From Eledone cirrhosa (Eukaryota): DNA of 64,000 nt. The notes under the pieces are model-generated. The model was given only the letters and a program-made list of their open reading frames with translations, ran no database searches and had not been told where the DNA came from. Location: contig OZ024742.1 of the NCBI GenBank assembly GCA_964016885.1, positions 186,806,001 through 186,870,000 on the forward strand, in the 5' to 3' direction. The position numbers and the translations under genes are program-made. The first letter of the stretch is position 1. Each line of letters begins with the position of its first letter. Of the stretch, positions 26,088 through 43,867 are shown piece by piece.

Positions 26088-27610
26088 TCCAAAATTAAGA
26101 AAAGTTAAATGAATTTAATCTAAATCGAAATTGTGGGTGTCATGTCATAAACATGCGCCATACATCCTGGAAATTAAGCTCCAAGATAAGTCTGAGCATA
26201 CAATAATAACTAGAAATTGATTAACATATAAATATACATGAATAATCACAGGAGATAATTTTAGCCCGCGTGTAAGCACGCATAGCTAGTATAGGTAATA
26301 TTTACCTTTAAGTATGATTAACCTTCCTTGTATATATCCCATTAAAGAAATATATTTCACCAATTAATCAGATGGTAAGTCACGGAAAGTGGACATTATT
26401 GGATTGTCAACAAGAAAAGTGTAACAATGTCCAGCTATCCATCCTTACAGGACCAGCCAAAATCTTCAACAAGCCGTCACCACGTGTTGCGTCTACACAA
26501 GATAGCGGTTTCGTTTCAGTGGCGTGAATAGGTATTTGCCAACTAGAAATAGCAGTCAAATTTTCTTCAACAGAAATAGCTCTACAGTTAAGGAGCAGTA
26601 TATATATATATCTATATCCAAAATTAAGATAAATTAAATGAATTTAATCTAAATCGAAATTGTGGGTGTCATGTCATAAACATGCGCCATACATCCTGGA
26701 AATTAAGCTCCAAGATAAGTCTGAGCATACAATAATAACTAGAAATTGATTAACATATAAATATACATGAATAATCACAGGAGATAATTTTAGCCCGCGT
26801 GTAACCACGGAAAGTGGACATTATTGGATTTGGCTCGTCCTGTAAGGATGGATAGCTGGACATTGTTACTCTTTCCTTGTTGACAATCCAATAATGTCCA
26901 CTTTCCGTGACTTACCATCTGATTAATTGGTAAAATATATTTCTTTAATGGGATCTATACAAGGAAGGTTAATCATACTTAAAGGTAAATATTACCTATA
27001 CTAGCTATGCGTGCTTACACGCGGGCTAAAATTATCTCCTGTGATTATTCATGTATATTTATATGTTAATCAATTTCTAGTTATTATTGTATGCTCAGAC
27101 TTATCTTGGAGCTTAATTTCCAGGATTTATGGCGCATGTTTATGACATGACACCCACAATTTCGATTTAGATTAAATTCATTTAATTTATCTTAATTTTG
27201 GATATAGATATATATATATACTGCTCCTTAACTGTAGAGCTATTTCTGTTGAAGAAAATTTGACTGCTATTTCTAGTTGGCAAATACCTCTTCACGCCAC
27301 TGAAACGAAACCGCTATCTTGTGTAGACGCAACACGTGGTGACGGCTATTTGAAGATTTTGGCTCGTCCTGTAAGGATGGATAGCTGGACATTGTTACAC
27401 TTTCCTTGTTGACAATCCAATAATGTCCACTTTCCGTGACTTACCATCTGATTAATTGGTGAAATATATTTCTTTAATGGGATATATACAAGGAAGGTTA
27501 ATCATACTTAAAGGTAAATATTACTTATACTAGCTATGCGTGCTTACACGCGGGCTAAAATTATCTCCTGTGATTATTCATGTATATTTATATGTTAATC
27601 AATTTCTAGT
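26088..27610. repeat. ~530 bp unit family as a tandem plus inverted array
   Basis: The unit starts TCCAAAATTAAG at 26088 and 26617. Inverted copies lie at 26831-27203 and 27221-27610, separated by short (TA)n. Confidence 0.92.
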
Positions 27611-27645
<35 letters not shown>

Positions 27646-27690
27646 GTGTGTGTATATATATATGTATATATATACATATATATATAGACA

Positions 27691-27735
<45 letters not shown>

Positions 27736-27740
27736 ATATG

Positions 27741-27823
<83 letters not shown>

Positions 27824-27880
27824 ATATGTATATGTATATATATATATATACACATATATATATATATATATATGTATACG

Positions 27881-27934
<54 letters not shown>

Positions 27935-27939
<5 letters not shown>

Positions 27940-29275
27940 CGTAAAATAAGAAAATTAAAAAAAAATTCTTTTTTTTAAATTAACTTACTTACTTAAATTT
28001 TCACTCCAACTAATTAGTTTCTGCAATGGGATAAACACAGTTACGTAATGAACCGTTGAGAATTTCATTGCGTCATCAGGGAGGTCATTCTCAGCCGAGT
28101 CTCCAGGCGATGCGCGGACACTGGCGACTCATATAAAAATAATAATAATTCGGTAAATGGAACAGCTATCGAGGACTGGATTCTAGCTACTGAAAATTCT
28201 CACTGCCACTGATCATATGGCCGATTCTAAAGAATCAATCACGTGACACAGAGGCTAGTCAGTAGGAATGGGGTGGTAAGATGACAAGCGCCTACTAACA
28301 CCCCCCAAACAAATTTTTAGAAGTGGTTTTGGCAGGTTTCCTCGACAAATCAGTGATTTGGAGATAAATATAGATAATTTAATATATCTACTAATATAAG
28401 CGCACAGATGTACGCCAATGCCAGCAAATACAAAGGTTATGTCATAGTACCTAGGTGGTTCGATGCAGGAGAATGCAGAACAATAATATAAAAGACGTAA
28501 AATAAGAAAATTAAAAAAAAAAAAAAAAAAAAAAAATTAACTTACTTACTTAAATTTTCACTCCAACTAATTAGTTTCTGCAATGGGATAAAGACAGTTA
28601 CGTAATGAACTGTTGAGAATTTCATTGCGTCATCAGGGAGGTCATTCTCAGCCGAGTCTCCAGGCGATGGCTTTGGCGTACATCTGTGCGCTTATGTTAG
28701 TAGATATATTAAATTATCTATATTTATCTCCAAATCACTGATTTGTCGAGCAAACCTGCCAAAACCACTTCTAAACATTTTTTTGGGGGGTGTTAGTAGG
28801 CGCTTGTCATCTTACCACCCCATTCCTACTGACTAGCCTCTGTGTCACGTGATTGATTCTTTAGAATCGGCCATATGATCAGTGGCAGTGAGAATTTTCA
28901 GTAGCTGGAATCCAGTCCTCGATAGCTGTTCCATTTACCGAATTATTATTATTTTTATATGAGTCGCCAGTGTCCGCGCATCGCCTGGAGACTCGGCTGA
29001 GAATGACCTCCCTGATGACGCAATGAAATTCTCAACGGTTCATTACGTAACTGTCTTTATCCCATTGCAGAAACTAATTAGTTGGAGTGAAAATTTAAGT
29101 AAGTAAGTTAATTTAAAAAAAAATTTTTTTTTTTAAATTTTCTTATTTTACGTCTTTTATATTATTGTTCTGCATTCTCCTGCATCGAACCACCTAGGTA
29201 CTATGACATAACCGGTGTATTTGCTGGCATTGGCGTACATCTGTGCGCTTATGTTAGTAGATATATTAAATTATC
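27935..29275. repeat. ~555 bp unit family as a tandem plus inverted, permuted array
   Basis: AAAGACGTAAAATAAG recurs at 27935 and 28491. An inverted >1-unit copy spans 28672-29275 and crosses the same unit junction at ~29160. Confidence 0.92.
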
Positions 29276-29289
29276 TCTCTCTCTCTCTA

Positions 29290-29348
<59 letters not shown>

Positions 29349-29453
29349 TTACATATATATATATTTATGTATATATATATACACACACATATATATATAT
29401 ATTGAAAGAGTGAAGAATAACATGTTCGGCTGTATAAAAAGGGTTTATTTATA

Positions 29454-29564
29454 GTATTAACAATTGTTTCATTAATCAGGTGAGTCTAAAGGCCGCTGAT
29501 CGCCAGAAATTGTGTCACTCGACTGTAATTACAATATGTGTCTCTGATCAAATCATCGAAATAC
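29454..29564 (-). ncRNA. Decayed type I hammerhead
   Basis: Reverse complement reads GTATT-TCGATGA (for CTGATGA)-tttgatcag...ctgattaat-GAAA-CAATTG-TT-AATAC. Confidence 0.55.
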
Positions 29565-29763
29565 CCAATACCTTGCTATCCTATAGATAGAACTGGATAG
29601 AATTGGTCATTCCGTATGGTCAACCTCGATGTAATATTATGGAGAGCTCTCGACGTAATGCAACTCACCCATCTTTGTTTGTGTTGTTGGTGGTGCGAGT
29701 ACGGAGTTCATTATTATAAAATAATAGGAGGCTGGACTGGTGTAATTCCTTAAAAGGTTTATT

Positions 29764-29821
29764 ATACTATGATCATTTCAGTGACCGGGTTCAGTATGAA
29801 TCTGGTGACATCATCAGGTAT
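29764..29821 (-). ncRNA. Type I hammerhead, family C (left arm)
   Basis: Reverse complement reads ATAC-CTGATGA-tgtcacc...ggtcact-GAAA-TGATCA-TA-GTAT. Confidence 0.8.
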
Positions 29822-31412
29822 TCGAAATATAACAAAGGAATATAATAGACAAAATCCATGGGGCTGAAAAGCAGAGACATGAGGGCGGCCGAACATTTAG
29901 CACCTTCTAGCCCGGTCAGCCGCCCTCAAGTGATGATTATTAAGTCTTCTTATGTCCTTCTGGTGAAGGGGCGTAGGATTATAGTGTACTACTACCACAC
30001 CGTCATAGACAGAGGCCAGCGGTTAGATCAGGTTACATTCAAGCTGGTCACGTGTGCTAGAAAGTGCCGCGAAAAATATTTTTTCCAAAAACATATATCT
30101 TTAACAAAGCGATATATAGGGCGTCGGCACAGTATATTGTATGGTCAGAAATTACGATTAACAATTAGAAACGTTAAATTTATGTTTAGAATTAAAAGAT
30201 ACCATTTAAGATGAAATTAGAAAAGTAGGATTTAGGTTTAAAGTTGGGAGATTTAGTTAAAGATTTAGTTAAAGAATTCATAGCATGAGACTTTTATGAA
30301 AAGGTTTAAGTGTATTATAGATAATCACGATACAGTTTCAGGGTAGAATATAGAGAAAAGATTAAGCCCATGCTTAGTCATTAACCAGCGATGACGGACG
30401 CCGGCCGGCCATCGTATATATACCAAACGATTATTAGTTATTCACACTGGTGGGGGATTTAGTTAAGTGCTAGTAGAAGGAGGCATGATAAAATTAAAAG
30501 TTATGATTAAGCCTAGAAATTAAAGGTACTGTTTGGCGGTCAATAACCGGTGGCACGGCGGATTTCAAGTCTGGCAGGGCCCCAGGGCGAAACAGCTGTT
30601 CCGAGTATTTTCGTTTACCGAAAGAAGGGGAAATTTAATTTTTCCAAGCACTCTAGGAAGGCTGATCGACCCGAGCGCCTGGCGTGCAGTCGGGAAAGCC
30701 GCCACATCCGTCGGATCATCGCGTGTACCTAACGATTATTAGTTATTCACACCCGTGATGTGAAGTTTAAAAGTGGCAAAATCTGATGAAATGTGTAAAT
30801 AGACTTTATTTAGTCCCCAGTTAGTCCGGGTTATATGTAGTGTGATTCCTAGGTGGGTAGGGGGAGTGAATAAAGATAAACATATATAAGGGTACAGAGA
30901 GTAATATTCTAGGGTCGTATGCTAATGAGTACGAGGATGAGTATATGAGGAGAGTAAAACGAATAAATAAAAACATAAATAAAAACATAGGGATAATGCA
31001 TAAATAAAATGCAGTCAAACGTAGGGTGGTGATGTAGGGAGTAAAAAGGAAGTATATAAGAACATATCGAAGAAATCAAAATAGAAGAAATAAAATACAG
31101 ATCAAGGTGCAGTGAATGGACAATATATGGCACGGTTGTAGAATACAAGGTTATACATATAGATATAGAGGATGGAAGAGTTGGAGTGGTATCAGGCGAT
31201 ACCTAGTGCAGGTTCGAGTCTTAATTTTCAATGTGAATCCCCAAAGCCCTTATAAGACTACGCCCCTTCACCAGAAGGACATAAGAAGACATAATAATCA
31301 TCACTTGAGGGCGGCTGACCGGGCTAGAAGCTGCTAAATGTTCGGCCGCCCTCATGTCTCTGCTTTTCAGCCTCATGGATTTTATCTATTATATTCCTTT
31401 CTTATATTTCGA

Positions 31413-31470
31413 ATACCTGATGAAGTCACCCGATTCATTCTGAACCCGGTCACTGAAATGATCATAGTAT
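31413..31470 (+). ncRNA. Type I hammerhead, family C (right arm)
   Basis: ATAC-CTGATGA-agtcacc...ggtcact-GAAA-TGATCA-TA-GTAT. It lies within the inverted repeat 29718-29975 / 31258-31516. Confidence 0.8.
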
Positions 31471-31522
31471 AATAAACCTTTTAAGGATTTACACCAGTCC
31501 AGCCCCCTGTTATTTTCTAATA

Positions 31523-31554
<32 letters not shown>

Positions 31555-31602
31555 TAAATTATCGAGAATCGCATTTCGGCCCACGAAATAACGAAAAACA
31601 AC

Positions 31603-31716
<114 letters not shown>

Positions 31717-31748
31717 CATATACATATAGATATACATATATATACATA

Positions 31749-32733
<985 letters not shown>

Positions 32734-33266
32734 ATATATATATATAAATGCATTTTTTTCTTTTTCTCACTCTTAGTACGGTAGTTACTTATACTTACAT
32801 TTATATATATGTATATATATATATATACATTTATTTTGAGACCTGAAACCGCGCGGTAAGGGTAAATATAGTAAGTACAGTGAACTTTTTAAATATATTT
32901 AAAAACTTTTTCTCTATTTGCTAAACCTTTATTATATATGTTCTGGCTCGTTAATTTATTTACCTGCCATAGAACGACATTGGCATACGGTTGGATAATA
33001 CATGTATCCCTATATGCATTTTTTGCACCTAGGAAAACATACTTTATTATTATTAATCTCCCCTAAGGTCGAGATAACATTTTGGTCGTTTTAACTGCTG
33101 CTATTTCTAATGGCAGGATATTGACCTTTCCGCCCTTGCCTTCTATCTTTACATACGGCACTAGACAAGATTGTTTCTTTATCATACACTCTCAACTGGG
33201 AACAGTTCTGTATGGCGCCAGTTCGTGATTTGAACTCGGGAATTTTATATTCTCCGAGCGAGAAGA

Positions 33267-33349
33267 ACCCTCTGACGAGAGTTTCCTTCTCTATGGTAGT
33301 CCGCATGGATTATCCATTTATTTTGAGACTTGAAACCGCGCGTAAGGGT
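33267..33349 (+). ncRNA. Type I hammerhead, family D
   Basis: ACCCT-CTGACGA-gagtttc...gagactt-GAAA-CCGCGCG-TA-AGGGT. The 3' half is repeated at ~32830-32930 with the palindrome CCGCGCGG. Confidence 0.85.
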
Positions 33350-33417
33350 AAATATAGTAAGTACAGTGAACTTTTAAAAATTTATTTTAAAATGTTTTCT
33401 CTATTTGCTAAACCTTG

Positions 33418-33510
<93 letters not shown>

Positions 33511-33665
33511 AACAGCCGTGGGAAATGAAATTTCGTTCCATTTTTCCCGTTTACCGTTTTCGGTGCATCCGGTCGATTAACCCACTCGATACGCAAATTG
33601 GGCTACTCACCCGTTAATATGCATAAGGTAAGTATATACGTTCAACAATCTGGCAGAAAAGGTAT

Positions 33666-33708
33666 ACGTTGCTGACGATAGCTAATAAGCTTGAAACTAG
33701 TACAGCGT
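33666..33708 (+). ncRNA. Minimal type I hammerhead, family E (43 nt)
   Basis: ACGTTG-CTGACGA-tAGCTaataAGCTt-GAAA-CTAG-TA-CAGCGT; GUA triplet. Confidence 0.9.
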
Positions 33709-34874
33709 TCCTTTGTCAGTGTTGAACAAACGAGCAACGATGGTTGCTAGACACTAAGGCTTAATACGGGATGTTTGTTTACAAACACACCGAGCATTAT
33801 AATAAATGTTCGGTGAATCCATACGTACATATATATATGTGTGTGCATGTATGTATATATATATACATACTACTGTACGTCTGTATACATGTATGTATGT
33901 ACGTGTACATACTTATATTTAAGTAACAGCCGTACTAAGAGTGGGAAATGAAATTTCGTTTCATTTTTCCCGTTTATATATATATATATAATAGTTGTAA
34001 ATTGAAGTTTACCTGTTGTACAGAAAGTAGTATTCGATTTGAAGCAATCACAAAACACTCAATGGATCGAAAATTAAAAACAAACATTGGGTCTATATAA
34101 TGTAACTACGATGGGTACAGAAAGGCTTAACTTACCTGAACCATCTCTGATTAATTAAAATCGATATAATCGATAAAATCTCATATAAGTTTCCGGGATC
34201 CCTGGAAGTTGTATAACAAGTTATATAATGCACAAGTAATATAGATAATACATGTGTGTACTTCCACGACCGAACAGGAGTCTTGTCTTCAGCAGGTTTC
34301 TTTCTTATTAAAATTCCGTTATGGCGATAGATACCCCACTACTTGTAGTAGTAATTTTGTCAAATCTCTCCACTACAATTTGTAAACGAAAGATAACTAA
34401 ATATAATTAAATCGTCATCGATGGAATACATGGGTCTCGGAGAATGAATTATAATAGTCGCAAATAGAAGTTTAGCTGTTGTACAGCAAGTACTATTCGA
34501 TTTGTTTGAGGCAATCACATAACACTTAATGGATCGAAAGTTAAAAACATTAGGTCCAGAGTAAACACAACAGGTATAAAGTCTGGCACCAAGAAAATCG
34601 ACCGAAGGCATCGGCGATACATATAGCATAACTATGATGGATATACAACGGTTTAACATAACTGGACCTTCTCTGATTCATTAAAATCGATATAAGTATA
34701 ACTAACAAATAGTTTTATCGCTCTACATGACTGAATACAAAAAATGTAAATTTGAATTTTTCGAATATTATTAATAAGATTCGATTCGTTCGCAATTATG
34801 CAAAAGGCCTCTTTAAGCCATGTGAGTAGAATGACAACGTCATTCTTGCTCTTGTGTTGGCATATAAACAGACC

Positions 34875-34917
34875 GGCAGACACTAATGTTTCTGGGTGAA
34901 TACCCTTCATCAGTACC
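34875..34917 (-). ncRNA. Minimal type I hammerhead, family F (43 nt)
   Basis: Reverse complement reads GGTA-CTGATGA-aGGGTattcACCCa-GAAA-CAttagTG-TC-TGCC; GUC triplet. Confidence 0.8.
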
Positions 34918-35055
34918 TTATATTGCTTACCTCTTAACTGTTACAGATAGTGAAAATAAATGATATTTTCTGGAATATACAATGACCTGATTTGCATATT
35001 AGCAGACCAACTGATCATATATATATACGCACACACGCCCTCACACATATATATG

Positions 35056-35160
<105 letters not shown>

Positions 35161-35166
35161 GTATGT

Positions 35167-35197
<31 letters not shown>

Positions 35198-35389
35198 TGT
35201 ATATACATATATACATACATGCATTACATACATACATATGTAAATTTGTCAGAATATACATAACATCTCAATGAAAAGAGATTGCTAAAATGATTTCATT
35301 CAGAGAAGCGAATACATATAGAACGTTTTATACAAAATCACTGAGGGGTAGATAACTGTAGAAGCATCTTTCCCTAGGGAAAAAAAGCT

Positions 35390-35485
35390 ATCTTTACTGC
35401 AGTTTCAAAATCCAAAGAATAACCGATGTCCCGTCCATAGATTGATATGACCATCGTTAACAGAATGGATTTATCTTCAGAGGGT
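35390..35485 (-). ncRNA. Type I hammerhead with intact core and decayed stem I
   Basis: Reverse complement reads ACCCT-CTGAAGA-taaatcca...tggatttt-GAAA-CTGCAG-TA-AAGAT. Confidence 0.6.
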
Positions 35486-35734
35486 TTTCTGTAAGCTATA
35501 AGAAAATAAAAATTATATATACCTGTTAATAGAAAAGTGCTCATTCTTCATTTAACCGTGCCAATTTGGACTTATTACTTTTGTCCGTATATAAGAATAT
35601 TTAGCGTGTTGATAGATCTACGCATGCGTGCAGGACTACGCGGATTCAATGAATAATGCATACATATGCACACATGCATATACACACACATACATACATA
35701 CGTACGCACATACATAAATGCATACATATATTAT

Positions 35735-36963
35735 GCAAACTCTGCTAAGAGTATTGTAATTGCTTCTCAGATTATAGAGTTTGGTACACTTTTAGGCTAC
35801 GTTCAGCAAAACAAACCTGTAACATATCCTGAACAAGCAATGCCTGTGCTTTGAAGGTTTTTAAAGTGGGGAAAGGCCTTGGACTCGACCAACCCACCTG
35901 TCTGAGCATCGAAAACACTACCCGAAAAGGAGAACTGATCAACATCATCGGATGCTTCCGATGCCGCAGGTTTTTTCAGATGTTCCCTCTCCTAGAAAGG
36001 TGTAAGGTGTTGTGACAACAACTGGGGGCATTTCACTCCCATGTAAAAAAAAAGAAGAAAAAAAATACTAAATACTATTTGGATGGCCGCTGACTCTGTT
36101 GAGTTCCTCCGCACTTTGCAGGCTTTTGTATTTCATCCCATAGGGTGTTCAAATATCACCCTCCTCACCAAGCAAGCTTGGTGGTGTTGCCGACGACCCG
36201 ACCATGAGACAGGTTGTACTGGGATACATGTTACCAGAAGCACTCGAGAGCGACCTGACAAACATACATACATACATACATACATACATACATACATACA
36301 TACATACATACATACATACATACATACATACATACACACATACACACATATTCATACATACATACATGGTGGCTGCAAACTCTGCTTGTCAGATTACAGA
36401 AAGTGGTGCACTTAAAGGCTACGGCCAGCCACACGAACCTGTAACAGATCATGAACGAGGAATGACTGTACTTTGAAGGTTTTTTAAGTGGGGAAAGACT
36501 TTTCACTCGACTAATCCCACTCTCTGAGCATAGATATACACATACATACATACATACATACATACATACATACATACATACATACATACATGCATGATGG
36601 CTTCCTCCTCGTTATCGAGTATGGCCATTGCACGATATACCATTATTAATAATTATTAATTAATTCTATCGTGCAATGCCTGTGTGTGAAGATATTTTTT
36701 AAAGTGAGGAAAAACTGTGCACTGAGCCAATCCCACTCTCTGAGCGACAGTAGCTATAACCCGAAAAGAAGAAAAGATCAACATAATCGGTAACTACTGA
36801 GCCGCAGGGTGTTATCCCAGTTTCCTGAGTTGCCTTCTCCTAGAGGAATGCCCTGACAAAGGTTAGGGGTCCTTCACTCCCAGTGGTTTAACCACGCGAT
36901 TAGGTGTCCAGCCCGACTATTTCTATGTCCCCGCGCATATACATACATACATACATACATACA

Positions 36964-36994
<31 letters not shown>

Positions 36995-37120
36995 GTACAT
37001 GTGTATATACATATTTACAGACTTTTGGATGGCCATTGGCTCTTATGAGTTCTTCCGCCCTTTGTCAGGTTTTGTTTTTTGTCTTACGGGGTGTCCAAAA
37101 TCACCCTCCCCACCAAGTAA
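35735..37120 (-). mobile_element. Cluster of non-autonomous RTE-related elements (35735-36260, 36368-36530, 36592-37120) separated by (CATA)n
   Basis: Reverse complements of 48690-49320. 36592-36635 carries the same 3' end as the RTE LINE at 51963-52005. Confidence 0.75.
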
Positions 37121-37834
37121 ACATACCAAGTATACATACATACATACATACAAACATGCTTACATACATACGTACATGCATATATACATACATACAAACA
37201 TACATAAATGCATACATATATACATATACATACCTATATACCCATACATACATGCATACATAATACATACATACATAATACATACATACATCATACATAC
37301 ATAATACATATATACATACATAATACATACATAATACGTACGTACATACATACACACATATACTATATTCATACACACACACACACACTCATTTATATAT
37401 GTATGCATGTGTGTATGTATGTGAGAGGATGTATGTGTCTCTACCTCAGTAACTCAATGTACCTTTATGTGATTGTAACGCACCAAAAGATACGAATATT
37501 ATGACTGGTCCAACGAAGCATTGCCTATGTTACCTGAATGCCTTACTAATTACTTTTGACCGCATACCTCCTAATGCACTTCACCAAAAATAGATGTAGC
37601 CTAGTAAAATTGTGATGAATAAACATTAATTTATTATTAATTAATTGAATTAATTAAGATTTCGATTAATGAAGAGCAGTTTAGAAGTATCTCTATCAGT
37701 CATCCACCATCATCTCATTAAGAGGTTTGTGTATTTGCTTCAGGCTATGTGTCATTGTAAATATGTGTCTATTTTTATTGCTACGATGTGTGTGTGTGTG
37801 TGTACGTGTGAGTTTGTATGTATTTTTGTATGTG

Positions 37835-38310
37835 TGCGTGTGAGCCTGTATGTGCTTTTGTGTGTATGTATTCGTGTGAGCCTGTATGTGTTTTGTGTGC
37901 ATGTATTCGTGTGAGTCTGTATGTGCTTTTGTGTGTATATATTCGTGTGAGCCTGTATGTGCTTTTGTGTGTATGTATTCGTGTGAGCCTGTATGTGTTT
38001 TTGTGTGTATGTATTCGTGTGAGCCTGTATGTGTTTTTGTGTGCATGTATTCGTGTGAGCCTGTATGTGTGTTTGTGTGCATATATTCGTGTGAGCCTGT
38101 ATGTGTTTTTGTGTGTATGTATTCGTGTGAGCCTGTATGTGTTTTTGTGTGCATGTATTCGTGTGAGTCTGTATGTGTTTCTGTGTGTATGTATTCGTGT
38201 GAGTTTGTATGTGTTTTTGTGTGCATGTATTCGTGTGAGTCTGTATGTGTTTTTGTGTGCATGTATTCGTGTGAGTCTGTATGTGTTTTTGTGTGTATGT
38301 ATTCGTGGCA
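37835..38310. repeat. 36-bp minisatellite, about 13 copies
   Basis: Unit TATTCGTGTGAGCCTGTATGTGTTTTTGTGTGTATG, visible as 12-aa periodicity in the ORFs. Confidence 0.95.
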
Positions 38311-38419
38311 GTTTGTATGTGTGTATATGTGTATGTAAGGGAGTTTGTATGTATTTATGTGTGTATGTGTGCGTGTGAGTTTGGATGTAGCTGTGCTTAT
38401 TCACATATATAGACACAAT

Positions 38420-39163
<744 letters not shown>

Positions 39164-39384
39164 AGCCGACACGTCCAAAGAATCACACTTTTGAATGTGT
39201 TAGTAATTTCCACAGTAACATTTTTAAGAAAGGAATCAGACATTTTGGAACGTATTCTTCATTATCAAAATATCGACTTTCTCTTTACATTCAGACATAA
39301 GATATAAAAATATAAATTATATGTCTCCTTCGTTCAGTGCATGTTTAGAACTCAAACCTATCATTGTTTTCATTATTTTAAATA

Positions 39385-40262
39385 GGGCGGTTGATTGGCT
39401 GCATCGGTTTGGCGCCGGACAACTTGCTTTGCGGTAAAGAGTTACGGCCCTTAATGTTTTGAGTTGAAATCCCGCCGAGGTTAGCTTTTCCTTACATCCT
39501 TACGAGGTCGATAAATAAAGCACCAGTAATGCACTGGTGTCGATTTAAATTTAATCGACTTTTCCCTCCCCAAATATTGCTGGCCTAATGCCTAAACCAG
39601 AAACCAATATTATCCCTTTCCGTTCTGAGTTCAAATCCTGTCGAGGTTAGCTTTGTCTTTCATCCTTACGAGATCGATAAATAAAGCACCAGTAACACAC
39701 TGGGGTCGATGTAATCGACTCTCCCCTCCCCCCAAATTGCTGTTCTTGTGCCTATAGTAGAACTCATTATTTTAAACATTTAATGCCTCATTTTCACTGC
39801 GGTAGTCTTCTAACAAAACACAATATATGTTACAATTAACGTAAGACCTCAAGTAAACTACAACTATGGTTTTAAGCTTATACTGTTTCGATTGGAAATA
39901 GTTTTGCTATTGAAAAATATAAGCTTAACAGGAGGGCAAAGAATTCCTATAACCAGACCTGTCAACTCTTCTCGTCTAACGGGGAGATCCCACCCCCAAT
40001 TTGGGGTGGGTGAGAGATGTCTTCTCTTGTGAAAATGGGTATAGCTTTCATTATGTAAAATATGTAAAATAAGGGCGGTGGATTGGCAGTATCGGTAGAG
40101 GGTCGGACGCCATGCTTTCCAGCATAGTTACGTCCCTTTACGATTTGAGTTTAAATCCCGCCAAGGTTGACTTTGCCTTTCATCCTTACGGGGTCGATAA
40201 AATAAAGTACCAGTAATGCACTGGGTAATTGCTAGCCTTGAGCCTAACGTAGAAGCAATTAT
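39385..40262 (+). mobile_element. Three copies of the tRNA-derived SINE (39385-39610, 39613-39770, 40073-40262)
   Basis: Conserved head and core, as at 52548-52736. Confidence 0.88.
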
Positions 40263-40455
40263 GAAAAATATCCCCATTTTGCCTCATTTCTACCCGTTTT
40301 GGGGTATTTGTTTTATGGTACTCCCCGTTTGAGTTTTTAGAGGTTGCCAAGTCTGCTATTACACACTGTAACTCCCACAAACACACACACACACACACTC
40401 TCTCTCTCTCTGATATACACGCACCCACACACATAAATATACACATACATATATA

Positions 40456-40653
40456 CGAGGGTCGGCTGAAAACTTTATCGGCTGACCAAGATACTTTCAT
40501 GGAATAACCAAATAAGGTTTATATCTCAACATAGTCCCTGGAAAGAAACAATGGTATTATTAATAAGAAAAGTTGAAATTGTTGCACGCAAGATTTTACA
40601 GCTCTAGCATCAATCCTTCATAGTCAGTCTATGAGCTTTGCAGTCCACCCTCG
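40456..40653. mobile_element. Tc1/mariner MITE
   Basis: TA-CGAGGGTCGGCTGAAAACTTTATCGGCTGAC ... GTCAGTCTATGAGCTTTGCAGTCCACCCTCG-TA: imperfect ~30 bp TIRs with a TA TSD. Confidence 0.85.
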
Positions 40654-40675
40654 TATATATGTATGTATGTTTTTG

Positions 40676-40714
<39 letters not shown>

Positions 40715-40798
40715 GTATGCGGTTGGCGGCTGAGAGAAAGGAGTACTCAATACCGAAGTAGAAGTTTAGTATTCATTCTATCAAGGACTAATAGTGGA

Positions 40799-40893
40799 GA
40801 GACTTGTTACTCTGGAGTTTAGCCTGTTTAGATCAGGATCATCAGAAATATAACCCTGTACTAAACAGGCGAAACTCCGGAGTAACAAGACTC
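40799..40893. repeat. Short fold-back made of hammerhead remnants
   Basis: The left arm (minus) has CTGATGA-tcctg..caggc-TAAA-CTCCAGAG-TA. The right arm has caggc-GAAA-CTCCGGAG-TA. Confidence 0.6.
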
Positions 40894-41064
40894 ACTATGC
40901 AGCCTTAATAAACTGTATATATATATATACACACAGAAATATCCACGGTTAGTTGTGGGGTCTAGTCTGCATGAAGAACTCAATGTAATCCAAATGTTGA
41001 AAATGTTGTACGTTAAAATAAATCCCGGAAAAAAATAAATCATCAAAAGGAAAACAGGCATGAT

Positions 41065-43540
<2,476 letters not shown>

Positions 43541-43594
43541 TTGTTTCGACACACGATTTCATATAAAAAACCTCGCAAAACAAATCCATCGCCG

Positions 43595-43642
<48 letters not shown>

Positions 43643-43789
43643 TATAGAGTAAAGCATGTCCCGAGAATTATTTCATAATATATATACATCATCTCTATGG
43701 CTTGACCACTGCCACGTCACAGTTCTCAACCATTTTGAATTCGTGTTTGGCGGGGCCCACTTCGGAAAATAATATGTCCTAGCGAGTTT

Positions 43790-43867
43790 ATCCCCTGAAG
43801 ATCTCTAAACTCGAGTATGAACCTTAATAAGGTATCTCAAAAGTGAGCGAAACCCTCGGGTCGGGAT
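43790..43867 (+). ncRNA. Type I hammerhead, family G
   Basis: ATCCC-CTGAAGA-tctc...gagc-GAAA-CCCTCGGG-TC-GGGAT, inside a cassette bounded by inverted repeats 43639-43697 / 44112-44170. Confidence 0.8.

Noticed and set aside
29005-29045. CTGATGA-CGCAAT-GAAA as a canonical hammerhead
   Set aside because: There is no stem II and no correctly placed UH triplet. It is kept only as a non-canonical candidate in the findings.
37835-38310. 36-bp periodic array resembling a CRISPR repeat in length
   Set aside because: Units are contiguous with no unique spacers, there are no cas genes, and the context is eukaryotic.
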